Part shown: positions 1 through 10,818 of the stretch, in pieces | Layout of the letters: each line of letters starts with the position of its first letter | How positions within the stretch are numbered: position 1 is the first letter of the stretch | NCBI GenBank assembly: GCA_963848295.1 | Contig: CAWKDB010000010.1 | Location: 4,736,001-4,800,000 of the forward strand | DNA: 64,000 nucleotides | Direction: 5' to 3' | Source of the DNA: an uncultured delta proteobacterium | Lineage (GTDB): Bacteria; Myxococcota_A; Polyangia; Haliangiales; Haliangiaceae | Made by a program: the position numbers and the translations under genes | The notes under the pieces: model-generated | What the model was told of the DNA's origin: nothing | The model's input: the letters and a program-made list of their open reading frames with translations, nothing else | The model's database searches: none

Positions 1-76
1 GCTCGACTCGCTCGCGGTGATCGATAACTTCAAGTGGTCCGCGGCGCCATCGACCCCGGGCACGGTCATCGAGTAG
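1..76 (+). CDS. 3' end of a CDS entering from the left (ends LDSLAVIDNFKWSAAPSTPGTVIE*)
   Basis: Open frame 2..76 with GC3-biased codons ending in TAG and abutting the lipB stop; resembles the end of myxobacterial choice-of-anchor L type proteins (weak). Confidence 0.55.
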   Translation, partial: LDSLAVIDNFKWSAAPSTPGTVIE

Positions 77-712
77 TCAGCTCGCGCGGCGGAGCGCGGT
101 CCCGAGCTCTTCGACGAGCGCGGCGCGCACGGCGGCGACATCGAGCTCGCCGACGAGATCGGCGAGCGACGTCATCACGCTCGCCTCGAACCCGCACGGG
201 TTGATCCGGCGGAAGTAGTCGAGGTTCGTCGTGACGTTCAGCGCCATGCCGTGGAACGTGACCCACTTGCGGCACGCGATGCCGATCGACGCCAGCTTCT
301 TGCGGCCGAGCGCCGTCGTCGTCCACGCACCGGTCTTGCCCGGTTCGCGATCCGCGATCACGCCGAAGCGAGCGCAGGTCGCGATCGCGGCGTCTTCGAG
401 ATGGCGCAGGAACGCGTGGAGGTCGCGCTCGCCGACTTCGAGCTGGACGATCGGATAGACGACGAGCTGGCCGGGCCCGTGATACGTGACGTCGCCGCCG
501 CGCTCGACCTCGACGACTTCGACGTCCCCGGGCGCGAGCACGTTGTCGTGCGCGCTGCGCTTGCGGCCGAGCGTGAACACGTGCGGATGCTCGACGACCA
601 GCAGCGTGTCGCCGACCGCGCCGGTCTGGCGCTCGGTGACGAGCGCGAGCTGTCGCGCCCACACGTCGCGAAACGGCGCGGTGCCGAGATCGTGCACGGT
701 CCACGATTGCAC
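77..712 (-). CDS. lipB: Lipoyl(octanoyl) transferase
   Basis: EHPHVFTLGR, ERGGDVTYHGPGQLVVYP, KLASIGI, HGMALNV and INPCG motifs; next to 2-oxoacid dehydrogenase genes. Confidence 0.95.
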   Translation of the reverse strand: MQSWTVHDLGTAPFRDVWARQLALVTERQTGAVGDTLLVVEHPHVFTLGRKRSAHDNVLAPGDVEVVEVERGGDVTYHGPGQLVVYPIVQLEVGERDLHAFLRHLEDAAIATCARFGVIADREPGKTGAWTTTALGRKKLASIGIACRKWVTFHGMALNVTTNLDYFRRINPCGFEASVMTSLADLVGELDVAAVRAALVEELGTALRRAS

Positions 713-732
713 GATCTCTGGCTACCACGGAC

Positions 733-1209
733 CTACGCCTTGCGCAGCGTCTTGCAGATCGCAGCGACGGTCGCGATGTCCTTGTCGGTCGTGAAACGGC
801 ACTCCGCGGTGCCGTCGCCGGCCGGGACGACGACCGAGACTTTCGGCGCCATCACGTCCTTGTTGTTGATCCGCGCCGCCTTGACGTCGCACTGAACGAA
901 CATCCCGCCGCCGGGCAGGCTCGCCTTGGTCGCCTTCGTCGCGTCTTCGCAGAACGAGTGCTGGACGAGCTCGTCGAGCGACGCCGGCATGGGGCTGTGG
1001 TGGACGACGACCTGGATGCTCATCCCATCGTCGCCGGCCGGTTGGAGCGAGTAGGAGCGGTCCGAGTCGGTCTTGACCGTCCAGCCCGACGGCAGATCGA
1101 CGACGAGGCCGGAGCTGGCGATCGGTTGGGTCGCGAGCTCGGGGCCGGCCTTGCCGCAAGCGACGAGGCTGAACATGGCGGCGGTAGCGATCATGGCGAG
1201 GTGCTTCAT
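733..1209 (-). CDS. Hypothetical lipoprotein
   Basis: Signal peptide with lipobox LVAC; several Cys. Confidence 0.7.
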   Translation of the reverse strand: MKHLAMIATAAMFSLVACGKAGPELATQPIASSGLVVDLPSGWTVKTDSDRSYSLQPAGDDGMSIQVVVHHSPMPASLDELVQHSFCEDATKATKASLPGGGMFVQCDVKAARINNKDVMAPKVSVVVPAGDGTAECRFTTDKDIATVAAICKTLRKA

Positions 1210-1296
1210 GCCCGGGTCAGTACCTCCCGGACGCGAATGGCCCCTACGAATAGATCACGACTCGCGTTCACTCGCGCCGCGGTCGCTCGCGACCGC

Positions 1297-1673
1297 TCAG
1301 TTCACGGTGCAATTGCGCAGCACCCAGATCGGAGCATCGGTGCCCTGGCTGATCTCGCCGTTCGCTGCCCGTTTCGCTTCGGCATCGGGGTTCTGTTCGA
1401 GCACGCCGTGACCAGTCACGGGCTTACCGTCGAGCTCGGCGGGCCATTGCTGCAAACGGTCGCAGTAGACGACGAGACCCGGCAACGTGATCACGGCGCC
1501 GAGCTTGGCGTTGCCGGCGGTGCCTCTGACGTCGACCGAGCTGCCGAGCCCGGCGTTGGCCGTCGCCGCATCCGCGACCACAGGTGTCGGGGCGTGGACA
1601 GGCATCCGATCGACCGGCTGGGCGCGCGCCCCGCCGCAAGCGGCGAGCGCAGCGAGTAGCACCTCCCTCGTCC

Positions 1674-1677
<4 letters not shown>
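1297..1677 (-). CDS. Hypothetical lipoprotein (possible OB-fold)
   Basis: Lipobox LAAC; ATGA overlap with the lpdA stop. Confidence 0.7.
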
Positions 1678-3098
<1,421 letters not shown>

Positions 3099-3162
3099 GA
3101 CCGCGTCATACCACCCAGCCGGGAATGCGTCACGCGGCGGTGGACCCGCGCGGCCTCGACGC

Positions 3163-5706
3163 TCACCGAGAGCTCGGTGCGGCCGGGCTCGGAGCCTGGG
3201 GGTTCTCGAGGTGCAGCTCGATCAGCTGGTTCTGGAACTTGATCCGCATCAACATCAGCTGCTCTTGGTCCTCGACGAGCGCCAGCGTCAGCTTCTGGAT
3301 CCGCTCGGACGTGTCGACGAGCTTGGCGTGCAGCGATGCCATCAAGTCGCCGCTCGTTCGCACGAGCTTCAGCGACACGATCTGGCCGTGCAGCTCGCCT
3401 TCACGCGCCCGATAGTCGGCGAGCTCGTCGCGCACCGTCTGGATCTTGTCGATCAGGTCCGCCGCCGATCGATGGGTCGCGATCACCGCTTCGATCTGAG
3501 CCTTGAGCTGCGGCGAGGCATCGGGTTCGTCGATGTAGACCTTCATCATGTCGAGCGCCTCGGTCGAGCCGAGCTGCAACGACCGCTCGAGCGGCGTGGT
3601 CTCCGCGATCGTGACGTGCTTGGTCTGGCCCGCGCCGATGTCGACCTCGAACAGCTGCGAATCGCCGACCCGCAACGACTCGGCCGGCGCCGCGACGAGC
3701 GTCCAGCCGGTTTCGACGCGATGGCGCACGAACACCTTCGTGGGCTCGGTCAGCCGACTCGTGATCGTGAAGGTCGTCGCGCGGCGATGCTGCAGCTCCG
3801 CGGTGATGACGCCGCGCTCCGCGGTCACGAGCTTTGCGATCCGCTCGTTGTCCGCGCCGGCGGTCTCGACGACGATCTGGCGATCGAGCGCGAACGGCAC
3901 GACGACCGACGCCTTCGGCGGCACCTGTTCGGTCAGACCCTCGCCGATGAACCGGTCGTCGCCATAGACCGTGACCGGCCCGGCTTCGAGCGTGTCGCTC
4001 GTCGGGTTCCGGAGGCGCACCGCTTTGAAGGCGAAGCGCTTGTCACCGCGATCCGACACCGGGTCATACAGATAGACGACGCCACCGGGCGTCTCGTCGT
4101 GGACCATCGCGACCATCGCGCTCGACCCGGCCTTGACGGTCATCGGGCGCTCCGACATGAAGTGGCTCTCGCCGACCGGCGTATCCGGTCCGCCTTGGGC
4201 GCGCAGCACCGGCGCGGCGGGCTCGACCTTCGCGCCCGGCGCGACCGCGAGCACGCGGACGTGTCCGGTCTCGTCGTTGCCGACCTTTTGCACGATATGG
4301 ATCTTCGTCGCCGAGATGCCCCGGTCGACGAGCTTGGTGCGCAGCGCGTTCGCTCGCGCCTGGGCGTCGGCCGCGGTCGTCGCGTGGGTCTCGATCACGA
4401 CGTCGCGCTTGGAATCGACGATCTTGCCGATGAGACCGCGCAGCTTCGCGTCGGGATCGGGCTTCGGCGCGGGCTTCGGCGTGTCGTAGTTGCCGTAGCC
4501 GCCGATTGCAGTGTGATGGAACGCGTCGAAATCATCGCCTTGCGATCCCGCGGCAGCGCCGAGCGCCCCATCGAACGTCCGGCCCGGAGCCGGAATGTTT
4601 TTGAGGTACTGTCGGTCGAGCGTGATCCCCTGGCTGCTCGACGTTTGATCGATCATCGGCGCCTTGGCCGCGATCTGGAGCGTCTCGCCGCGATTCATGG
4701 AGCTCTGATCGATCTTCTGGTAGACGTTCGACTGCTTGTTCGCTGCGACTTGCACGCCGCTCCGTTCGACCTTGAGATCGGCGTAGAAGAACGTGATGAG
4801 GTAGTTGCCGGGCGGAAGGTCGTCGATCTTGTAGGCGCCTTGCTCGTCGGTGATCGCCGTCTGGGTCTGAGCCAAAGCGGGAGAGGTCGCGATCACGGTC
4901 ACGCCCGCGAGCTTTTCACCGGTCTTCTTGTCGGTGACGACGCCGCGGACGCTTCCGGCCGTCGAGCTCGTCGTGTTCGTGCCGCCGCTGACGTACTGGT
5001 TCGCGAGACTCGACGAGCCGGAGAACGAAACGGCCTTGTCATCTCCTTGGCTGCCCGCCGCCGGTAGGATCTCGCCCGCGTCGAGATCGACGACCTCTTC
5101 ACCACCGGCGCCTTGCACGTACGGCGACACCCCGGTCGGCGGCGCACTCGCGAACGTGTCGGTGCCCTCGAGCAGATCGCGATCGACGTTGCGCACGCTC
5201 CACAGGTCGTAGCGAAACGACAGCGCCGAGCTCGCGCCGACGCCGACGAGCACGCCCTTCCAATCCTCGCCCGACATGTTATCGACGATCGCCCAGCCTT
5301 CGAGCATCACCTTGCCCTTGTCGCCGACGACGACGCGATACGTCGGCTTCCAGGCCGGCGCTTCGGTGACGTAGGTCAGCAGCACGTCCGCGTGCTTGTG
5401 CTCGGGTGTCTCGAGCATCATCGTCAAGTAGTCGCCGCCTTCATCTTCCTTTCGAGGGATGGTGACGGACAGCGGCTTCTTGGTGAAGCGATCGACGACG
5501 GTCAGCGACTTGAGAAAGTCATCGACGCGGTTGCGCGGAACCCGAACCGCGAGCTTGCCATCGTCGACGGTCGCATCGCGCTCGTAGAACGCGACGCCGT
5601 TGCGATACACGACCACGCGCCCGAGCACGGCGCCGTCGACCGCGACGTGCGTGTGGTGGAAGAAACAACCGGACAGCAAGGCGGCGATCAGAGAGAAGCG
5701 GCGCAT
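3163..5706 (-). CDS. DUF4139-like lipoprotein with inserted carboxypeptidase-regulatory-like/TonB-receptor N-terminal segment and OmpA-like segment
   Basis: Start MRRFSLIAALLSGC (lipobox); VVVYRNGVAFYER, WKPTYR, GWAIVDNMSGEDW and LEAGPVTVY (DUF4140/4139-like); GVVTD..LAGVTV..TDEQGAYKIDDLPPGNY; ARANALRTKLVDRGI. Confidence 0.8.
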   Translation of the reverse strand: MRRFSLIAALLSGCFFHHTHVAVDGAVLGRVVVYRNGVAFYERDATVDDGKLAVRVPRNRVDDFLKSLTVVDRFTKKPLSVTIPRKEDEGGDYLTMMLETPEHKHADVLLTYVTEAPAWKPTYRVVVGDKGKVMLEGWAIVDNMSGEDWKGVLVGVGASSALSFRYDLWSVRNVDRDLLEGTDTFASAPPTGVSPYVQGAGGEEVVDLDAGEILPAAGSQGDDKAVSFSGSSSLANQYVSGGTNTTSSTAGSVRGVVTDKKTGEKLAGVTVIATSPALAQTQTAITDEQGAYKIDDLPPGNYLITFFYADLKVERSGVQVAANKQSNVYQKIDQSSMNRGETLQIAAKAPMIDQTSSSQGITLDRQYLKNIPAPGRTFDGALGAAAGSQGDDFDAFHHTAIGGYGNYDTPKPAPKPDPDAKLRGLIGKIVDSKRDVVIETHATTAADAQARANALRTKLVDRGISATKIHIVQKVGNDETGHVRVLAVAPGAKVEPAAPVLRAQGGPDTPVGESHFMSERPMTVKAGSSAMVAMVHDETPGGVVYLYDPVSDRGDKRFAFKAVRLRNPTSDTLEAGPVTVYGDDRFIGEGLTEQVPPKASVVVPFALDRQIVVETAGADNERIAKLVTAERGVITAELQHRRATTFTITSRLTEPTKVFVRHRVETGWTLVAAPAESLRVGDSQLFEVDIGAGQTKHVTIAETTPLERSLQLGSTEALDMMKVYIDEPDASPQLKAQIEAVIATHRSAADLIDKIQTVRDELADYRAREGELHGQIVSLKLVRTSGDLMASLHAKLVDTSERIQKLTLALVEDQEQLMLMRIKFQNQLIELHLENPQAPSPAAPSSR

Positions 5707-5810
5707 GCTTTCAGTTATGCGCTCGCCGCGCGATCGATCCAGCGGTTGCCACTGACGCCTCAAGTCGCGTAGCGGTGTCGCAGCGGTCTCGCGGTGTCGC
5801 ACCTGCGCGG

Positions 5811-6461
5811 TCACCGGCCGAACGCCCAGGCGACGTCGAGCAAGACGCTGCGGTCCCAACCCGTGCCCGCCGACGGCGCATCGCACGGGCCGCCGCACGC
5901 GAGCCGGTTGCTGACGCTCTGCTTCGGTGCGAACTGCGCTCGGAGTGCATACGTCATCCCGTGCAGATGGCGTCCGATGCGAAACTCGGTGGTGAGCCCG
6001 AGCCCGAGCGCGATGTCCGGGCGGGTCCACACCCCGCCGGCGTCCCAATCGAAGTGCTCGACGCCCGCGCCGGCCTCGACCCACACATCGAGCCAACCGG
6101 ACTCGCGGCGTTCGTCATCGCCAATCCGGTCGACGGTGTAGCGCCCGGCGACGCCGAGCCGTTGCTCGAGACCACTGCCGCCGACCGGGATCAGCCCCGC
6201 TTGGGCCGCGTCGTTCGGCGGCGCGGGCGCGCGATACGATTGCGCGGCGACCTCGTACTCGGCGTAGAGCAGGAACATCGGCCGAGGACGGATCCCGATC
6301 GCAGCCTCGACGCCGCGCACGCTGCCGGGCCCGCTATCGACGCCGTTGATGTAGGCGCTGCCGTAGCGGAAGCCGAGCTCGGCCTGGACAGCGGCCGGCG
6401 GATCGGCGCTCGCTGGCGCGGCGACTCCTAGAGCGATGATCGTGACGAATGAATGGCGCAT
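5811..6461 (-). CDS. Putative outer-membrane beta-barrel protein (paralog of 32834..33472)
   Basis: Signal peptide, amphipathic beta pattern, C-terminal WAFGR; shared motifs with paralog. Confidence 0.7.
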   Translation of the reverse strand: MRHSFVTIIALGVAAPASADPPAAVQAELGFRYGSAYINGVDSGPGSVRGVEAAIGIRPRPMFLLYAEYEVAAQSYRAPAPPNDAAQAGLIPVGGSGLEQRLGVAGRYTVDRIGDDERRESGWLDVWVEAGAGVEHFDWDAGGVWTRPDIALGLGLTTEFRIGRHLHGMTYALRAQFAPKQSVSNRLACGGPCDAPSAGTGWDRSVLLDVAWAFGR

Positions 6462-6556
6462 CTCGCCATCTATCCGGACGGCGCGCGACCGATCCAGCTC
6501 CAGCTACTGACGACACGGGGGTTACCTGCGTGTCGCAGCGCGATCGAGCTGTCGCA

Positions 6557-7693
6557 TCACGTGCCGTGCAGCGCGCTCAGCTGCTCTTCGAGCAACCACG
6601 TCGGGCGCTCGAACACATCGTCGATCATCGTCGACAGTGCGGGCATCGGCAGCGCCTCCTGCCGCGCGATCGCTTCGCGCACCTGTTCTTCGATCCGCGC
6701 CGCCATCGCCTCGCGCTCGCCGGTCGCGAGCCAACCGCGGGCAGAGAGGAACGCTTCGAGCCGGCCGATCGGATCGCGCTTGGTGCGCCACATCTGGGTC
6801 ACCGCTTCGTCGCGATAGCGCGTCGGATCGTCCGACGTCGAGTGCGCGCTCACCCGATACGTCAGCAGCTCGAGGAACGTCGCGCCATCGCCACGCCGCG
6901 CTTTGTCGGCGGCGTAGCTGACCGCCGAGTGCACCGCGAAGATGTCGTTGCCATCCACGCGCAGAGGCTCGATGCCATAGCCGATCGCCTTGAGTGCGAT
7001 CGTCTCGGCCGCGGTCTGCACGCCGCCGGGCGTCGAGATCGCCCACTGGTTGTTCTGGCAGATCAGCACGACCGGCGCGCGCATGACGCCGGCGAAGTTC
7101 ATCGCGACGTGGAAATCGCCTTCCGAGGTCCCGCCGTCGCCCATGTAGCCAAAGCACGCGCGGCCGCGATCGCCTTTGAGCTTCATCGCCATCGCGACGC
7201 CGACGGCGTGGGGGATCTGGGTCGACACGCACGACGACATCACGACGTAGTGATGCTCGCGGTCGCACGGGTGGCACGGCATCTGCCGGCCTTTCGTCGG
7301 ATCTGCGGCATTGCCGTAGATCTGCGCGACGTACGAGTCGAGCGTCAGCCCGCGATACAGGCCGACGCCGGCCTCGCGCAGCGCCGGCACGATCCAATCA
7401 TCGGGCAACGTCGCCGCCGCCGAGCCGACGATCGCCGCTTCCTGGCCGGACATCTCGCCGTAGAAGCTGATCTTGCCCTGACGCTGCAGTGCGATCATCC
7501 GCGGATCGGTCACGCGAATCCGCAGCATCTGCTCGAACAAGTGGCGGGCGAACGCGCGATCGATGTGGGCGACCGCGCCGTCGTCGATCGCGGTGCCGTC
7601 CTCGCGCAGCAGCTGATACAGCCCGCGCGCCTTCGCGTCATCGTCGCCCGCGAAGTACGCGGTCGTCGTGCGAGGCGCGGTGGCGTGAGCCAT
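6557..7693 (-). CDS. 2-oxoacid (branched-chain/pyruvate) dehydrogenase E1 alpha subunit, copy 2
   Basis: LQRQGKISFY, KGRQMPCH, TPP motif GDGGTSEGDFH..NNQWAIS, HSTSDDP. Confidence 0.93.
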   Translation of the reverse strand: MAHATAPRTTTAYFAGDDDAKARGLYQLLREDGTAIDDGAVAHIDRAFARHLFEQMLRIRVTDPRMIALQRQGKISFYGEMSGQEAAIVGSAAATLPDDWIVPALREAGVGLYRGLTLDSYVAQIYGNAADPTKGRQMPCHPCDREHHYVVMSSCVSTQIPHAVGVAMAMKLKGDRGRACFGYMGDGGTSEGDFHVAMNFAGVMRAPVVLICQNNQWAISTPGGVQTAAETIALKAIGYGIEPLRVDGNDIFAVHSAVSYAADKARRGDGATFLELLTYRVSAHSTSDDPTRYRDEAVTQMWRTKRDPIGRLEAFLSARGWLATGEREAMAARIEEQVREAIARQEALPMPALSTMIDDVFERPTWLLEEQLSALHGT

Positions 7694-7718
7694 GCGCCGA
7701 ACGTACAACGGGAACGGT

Positions 7719-8393
7719 TTAGTGAGCGGCTACAGTCGCGACTTTGGCGGTCGAGACCACGAGCTGCCACGTCTCCGTCTTGCCGTCACCCTGGAAGTTC
7801 GTGGTGACGAGCGTGCCGTCGGTGCTGAACACGCCGTCGATGCCGTAGTCGGTCGCGTCGATCGCGCCGACGTTCGCGTCGTAGGTGCCGGTCTGGACCT
7901 GACCATCGACCGAGAGCTGCAACGAGCCGTCGACCGCGAGCGTGATCGTGTCGATCGTGCCCGACTCGCTGCCCGGCTTGGTGAACATCGCTTGCGCTGG
8001 AAGCATGCCGACCGGGGTGTTCCACCACGCGCGGCTCGCGGCGTCGGTGCACAGCACGTCCGCGTGGTCGAGCCCGGTCTGATCGAGCGAGTCTTGCACC
8101 CATGTACCGTCGCCCATCCCGGTCATCGCCAGGGTCGTCGCGTCGAGTGAGAACAACCTCGCGCCGGACGTGCCGAGCGCGCCGTTGACCGTCGCATCCT
8201 CGTCCGTGCTCTGCCAGCCTTCGTAGCTGTTGCCGGCCGCGAGCTGAGCCGAGAACGCGCCGTTCTCGCAGACGACGAGCATGTCGCCGTTGCGGGTGTA
8301 CACGCGGTCGCCACCCCCGTTGTAGCCGCCGCAGCCGCAGCCGGCGAACGTGAGCATGGACGTCAAGGTTGTCAGGGCGATGAGCTTGTTCAT
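7719..8393 (-). CDS. Hypothetical lipoprotein
   Basis: Lipobox FAGC; beta-rich, Asp/Thr-rich. Confidence 0.75.
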   Translation of the reverse strand: MNKLIALTTLTSMLTFAGCGCGGYNGGGDRVYTRNGDMLVVCENGAFSAQLAAGNSYEGWQSTDEDATVNGALGTSGARLFSLDATTLAMTGMGDGTWVQDSLDQTGLDHADVLCTDAASRAWWNTPVGMLPAQAMFTKPGSESGTIDTITLAVDGSLQLSVDGQVQTGTYDANVGAIDATDYGIDGVFSTDGTLVTTNFQGDGKTETWQLVVSTAKVATVAAH

Positions 8394-8405
8394 GCCGAGA
8401 CATAT

Positions 8406-8421
8406 CGCAACCGGCGAGCCA
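8406..8421 (-). promoter_or_regulatory. Putative sigma-54 -24/-12 promoter
   Basis: Minus strand TGGCTC-GCCGG-TTGCG (GG-N10-GC) ending 12 nt upstream of ATG at 8393. Confidence 0.55.
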
Positions 8422-8495
8422 CCAAGCCCGCCTATAATTCTAGCGACTTGTACGCGGCGCGCCGACCGGTTCGGCTCGGGTGCCTGACATGGATG

Positions 8496-9830
8496 TCAGA
8501 CCATCTCCATGAACATGGTCGTCGGGTCTTCGAGCAGGGTCTTGACGTCTTGTAAGAACATTGCGCCATCCCACCCATCTGCCAGTCGGTGATCGACCGA
8601 GATCGACAGGTTCATCAGGTGGCGCGCCACGATCTGGCCGTTGCGCACCGCCGGTCGCTCTTCGATCTTGTGGACGCCTACGATCGCGACCTCCGGGAAG
8701 TTGATGATCGGAGTCGCGAGCACGCCGCCGAGCTTGCCGAGCGAGCTGATCGTGAACGTCGAGCCGACGAGCTCGTCCCGGGTCGCGGTGCCGGTGCGCA
8801 CCGCCTCGCCCAGCCGGTCGATCTCGCGCGACAGATCGAAGATCGAGCGGTGGTCGGCGTCGCGAACCACCGAGACCGCGAGGCCGTGCGGTCCCTGCGC
8901 CGCGATCCCGATGTGGTAATAGCGCTTGCGCACGATCTCTTGGGTCGCTTCATCGAGCGACGCGTTCAGCGACGGCCACTTCTTCAGGCCGGAGACGATC
9001 GCCTTGACGATGAACGGCAGGTAGTTGAGCTTCACGCCGCGCTCGGCGGCGCGCGCCTTCGCTCGTTCGCGCACCGCGACGAGCTCGGTCATATCGATCT
9101 CTTCGACGTACGTGAAGTGCGCCGCGGTGTGGACCGCGCGCGCCATCTGCTCGGCGATCTTCTTGCGAATACCGCGCAGCGGCACGCGCTCCTCGTCGTA
9201 GCCGGCGCCAGCGCGCGCGATCGAGATCGGGGCGTGGCGAACCGCGAGCGACGTCGCCGCGGGTGACTCGTGGAACTGCTTGACGTCGTCGGTCGTGACC
9301 CGGCCATGCTTGCCCGTCGCCGGCACGGTGCCGAGCTCGATGCCGAGCTGACGAGCGAGCCGACGCGTCGCCGGGGTGGCGAGCACGCGCGTGCGCTCGA
9401 CCGAGGCATCCACGACCTGGATCTGACGCGGAGCCGGCGCGATCGGCGCACCGGCGATCGGCGGCGGGATCGAGCTGGCGACCGCGCGCTTGATCGCTTG
9501 ATGCGTCGACGCCTTCGAACGCGGCGCGGGCTCGATCGCCGGCTTGGCGCCGTGACCGTTCCCCGACTTCGCGGGCGTCGCGGCGGCGCCGGCTTCTTCT
9601 TCGATCACGACGAGCACCTTACCGACCGGGCAGATCTCGCCGTCCTTGTAGTTGATCTTCGCGATCCGCCCGGCGCGCGGCGACGGCAGCTCGACCGTCG
9701 CCTTGTCGGTCATCACCTCGACGATCGGCTGGTCGAGCTTGACCTGATCGCCCTCCTTGACCTTCCAACCAACGATCTCGCCCTCGACGACGCCTTCGCC
9801 GATGTCGGGCATGTAGAAGTCGAATGCCAT
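8496..9830 (-). CDS. Dihydrolipoamide acyltransferase (E2), single lipoyl domain
   Basis: EVMTDKATVE lipoyl Lys, E3-binding ATPATRRLAR, DHRLADG catalytic motif. Confidence 0.95.
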   Translation of the reverse strand: MAFDFYMPDIGEGVVEGEIVGWKVKEGDQVKLDQPIVEVMTDKATVELPSPRAGRIAKINYKDGEICPVGKVLVVIEEEAGAAATPAKSGNGHGAKPAIEPAPRSKASTHQAIKRAVASSIPPPIAGAPIAPAPRQIQVVDASVERTRVLATPATRRLARQLGIELGTVPATGKHGRVTTDDVKQFHESPAATSLAVRHAPISIARAGAGYDEERVPLRGIRKKIAEQMARAVHTAAHFTYVEEIDMTELVAVRERAKARAAERGVKLNYLPFIVKAIVSGLKKWPSLNASLDEATQEIVRKRYYHIGIAAQGPHGLAVSVVRDADHRSIFDLSREIDRLGEAVRTGTATRDELVGSTFTISSLGKLGGVLATPIINFPEVAIVGVHKIEERPAVRNGQIVARHLMNLSISVDHRLADGWDGAMFLQDVKTLLEDPTTMFMEMV

Positions 9831-9831
9831 G

Positions 9832-10806
9832 TCACCACTCCAAGACTTGGCGAACCGCGCCGAGCACGCGATCGGCGTTCGGCATGTACTCGTGCTCGAG
9901 CGAATACGGGAACGGCGTGTCGAACCCGGCGACGCGCAAGATCGGCGCCTCGAGGTGCTCCATCGCGCGCTCCTGGATCGAAGCGACGAGCTCGGCGCCG
10001 AACCCGCACGTCTTCGGCGCCTCGTGCACGATCACGCAGCGCCCGGTCTTCTCGACGCTCGCGAGGATCGTGTCGATGTCGAACGGCATCAGCGTGCGCA
10101 GGTCGACGACCTCGAGCGAGATGCCCTCGTCCGCGGCTTTCTTCGCGGCTTCCTCGGCGATCGACACCATGCCGCTCCACGCGAGCACCGTGACTTGATT
10201 GCCGGGCACCGAGATCGCGGCCTTGCCGAGCTCGATCGTGTACTCGTCCTCCGGCACCTCACCCTTCGACGCGCGATAGATCCGCTTCGGCTCCATGAAC
10301 AGCACCGGATCGTTCTGGCGCATGCACGCGAGCAGCAGGCCCTTGGCGTCGTACGGGTTCGACGGGGCGACGACCTTCAAGCCCGGGGTGTGGATGAACA
10401 AGGCCTCGGGCGACTGCGAGTGATAGTGACCGCCGCGAATGCCGCCGCCGACCGGTGTGCGAATCACGACCGGGCACGGATACTGACCGCCCGAGCGGTA
10501 GCGAAACTTCGCGAGCTCGTTCACGATCTGATCGAACGCCGGGAAGATGAAGTCGGAGAATTGAATCTCCGGCACCGGTCGCAGGCCGTACAGCGCCATG
10601 CCGATCGCGGTGCCGATGATGCCCGCCTCGGCGAGCGGTGTGTCGATCACGCGATCGGGGCCGAACTCGTCGTGCAAGCCGCTCGTGGCGCGGAACACGC
10701 CGCCGAACTTGCCGACGTCCTCGCCGAGGACGACCACGCGCGAGTCCACGCGCATCTGCGTCTGCAGTGCGCTGCGAACTGCTTCGATGATGTTCATGAC
10801 AGCCAT
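9832..10806 (-). CDS. 2-oxoacid dehydrogenase E1 beta subunit
   Basis: GEDVGKFGGVFR, DTPLAEAGI, GGHYHSQSPE. Confidence 0.96.
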   Translation of the reverse strand: MAVMNIIEAVRSALQTQMRVDSRVVVLGEDVGKFGGVFRATSGLHDEFGPDRVIDTPLAEAGIIGTAIGMALYGLRPVPEIQFSDFIFPAFDQIVNELAKFRYRSGGQYPCPVVIRTPVGGGIRGGHYHSQSPEALFIHTPGLKVVAPSNPYDAKGLLLACMRQNDPVLFMEPKRIYRASKGEVPEDEYTIELGKAAISVPGNQVTVLAWSGMVSIAEEAAKKAADEGISLEVVDLRTLMPFDIDTILASVEKTGRCVIVHEAPKTCGFGAELVASIQERAMEHLEAPILRVAGFDTPFPYSLEHEYMPNADRVLGAVRQVLEW

Positions 10807-10818
10807 GCCGGACTCCGA

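Noticed and set aside
5707..6096. N-terminal extension of the 977-aa ORF
   Set aside because: Overlaps the 5811..6461 gene; a lipoprotein signal begins at ATG 5706
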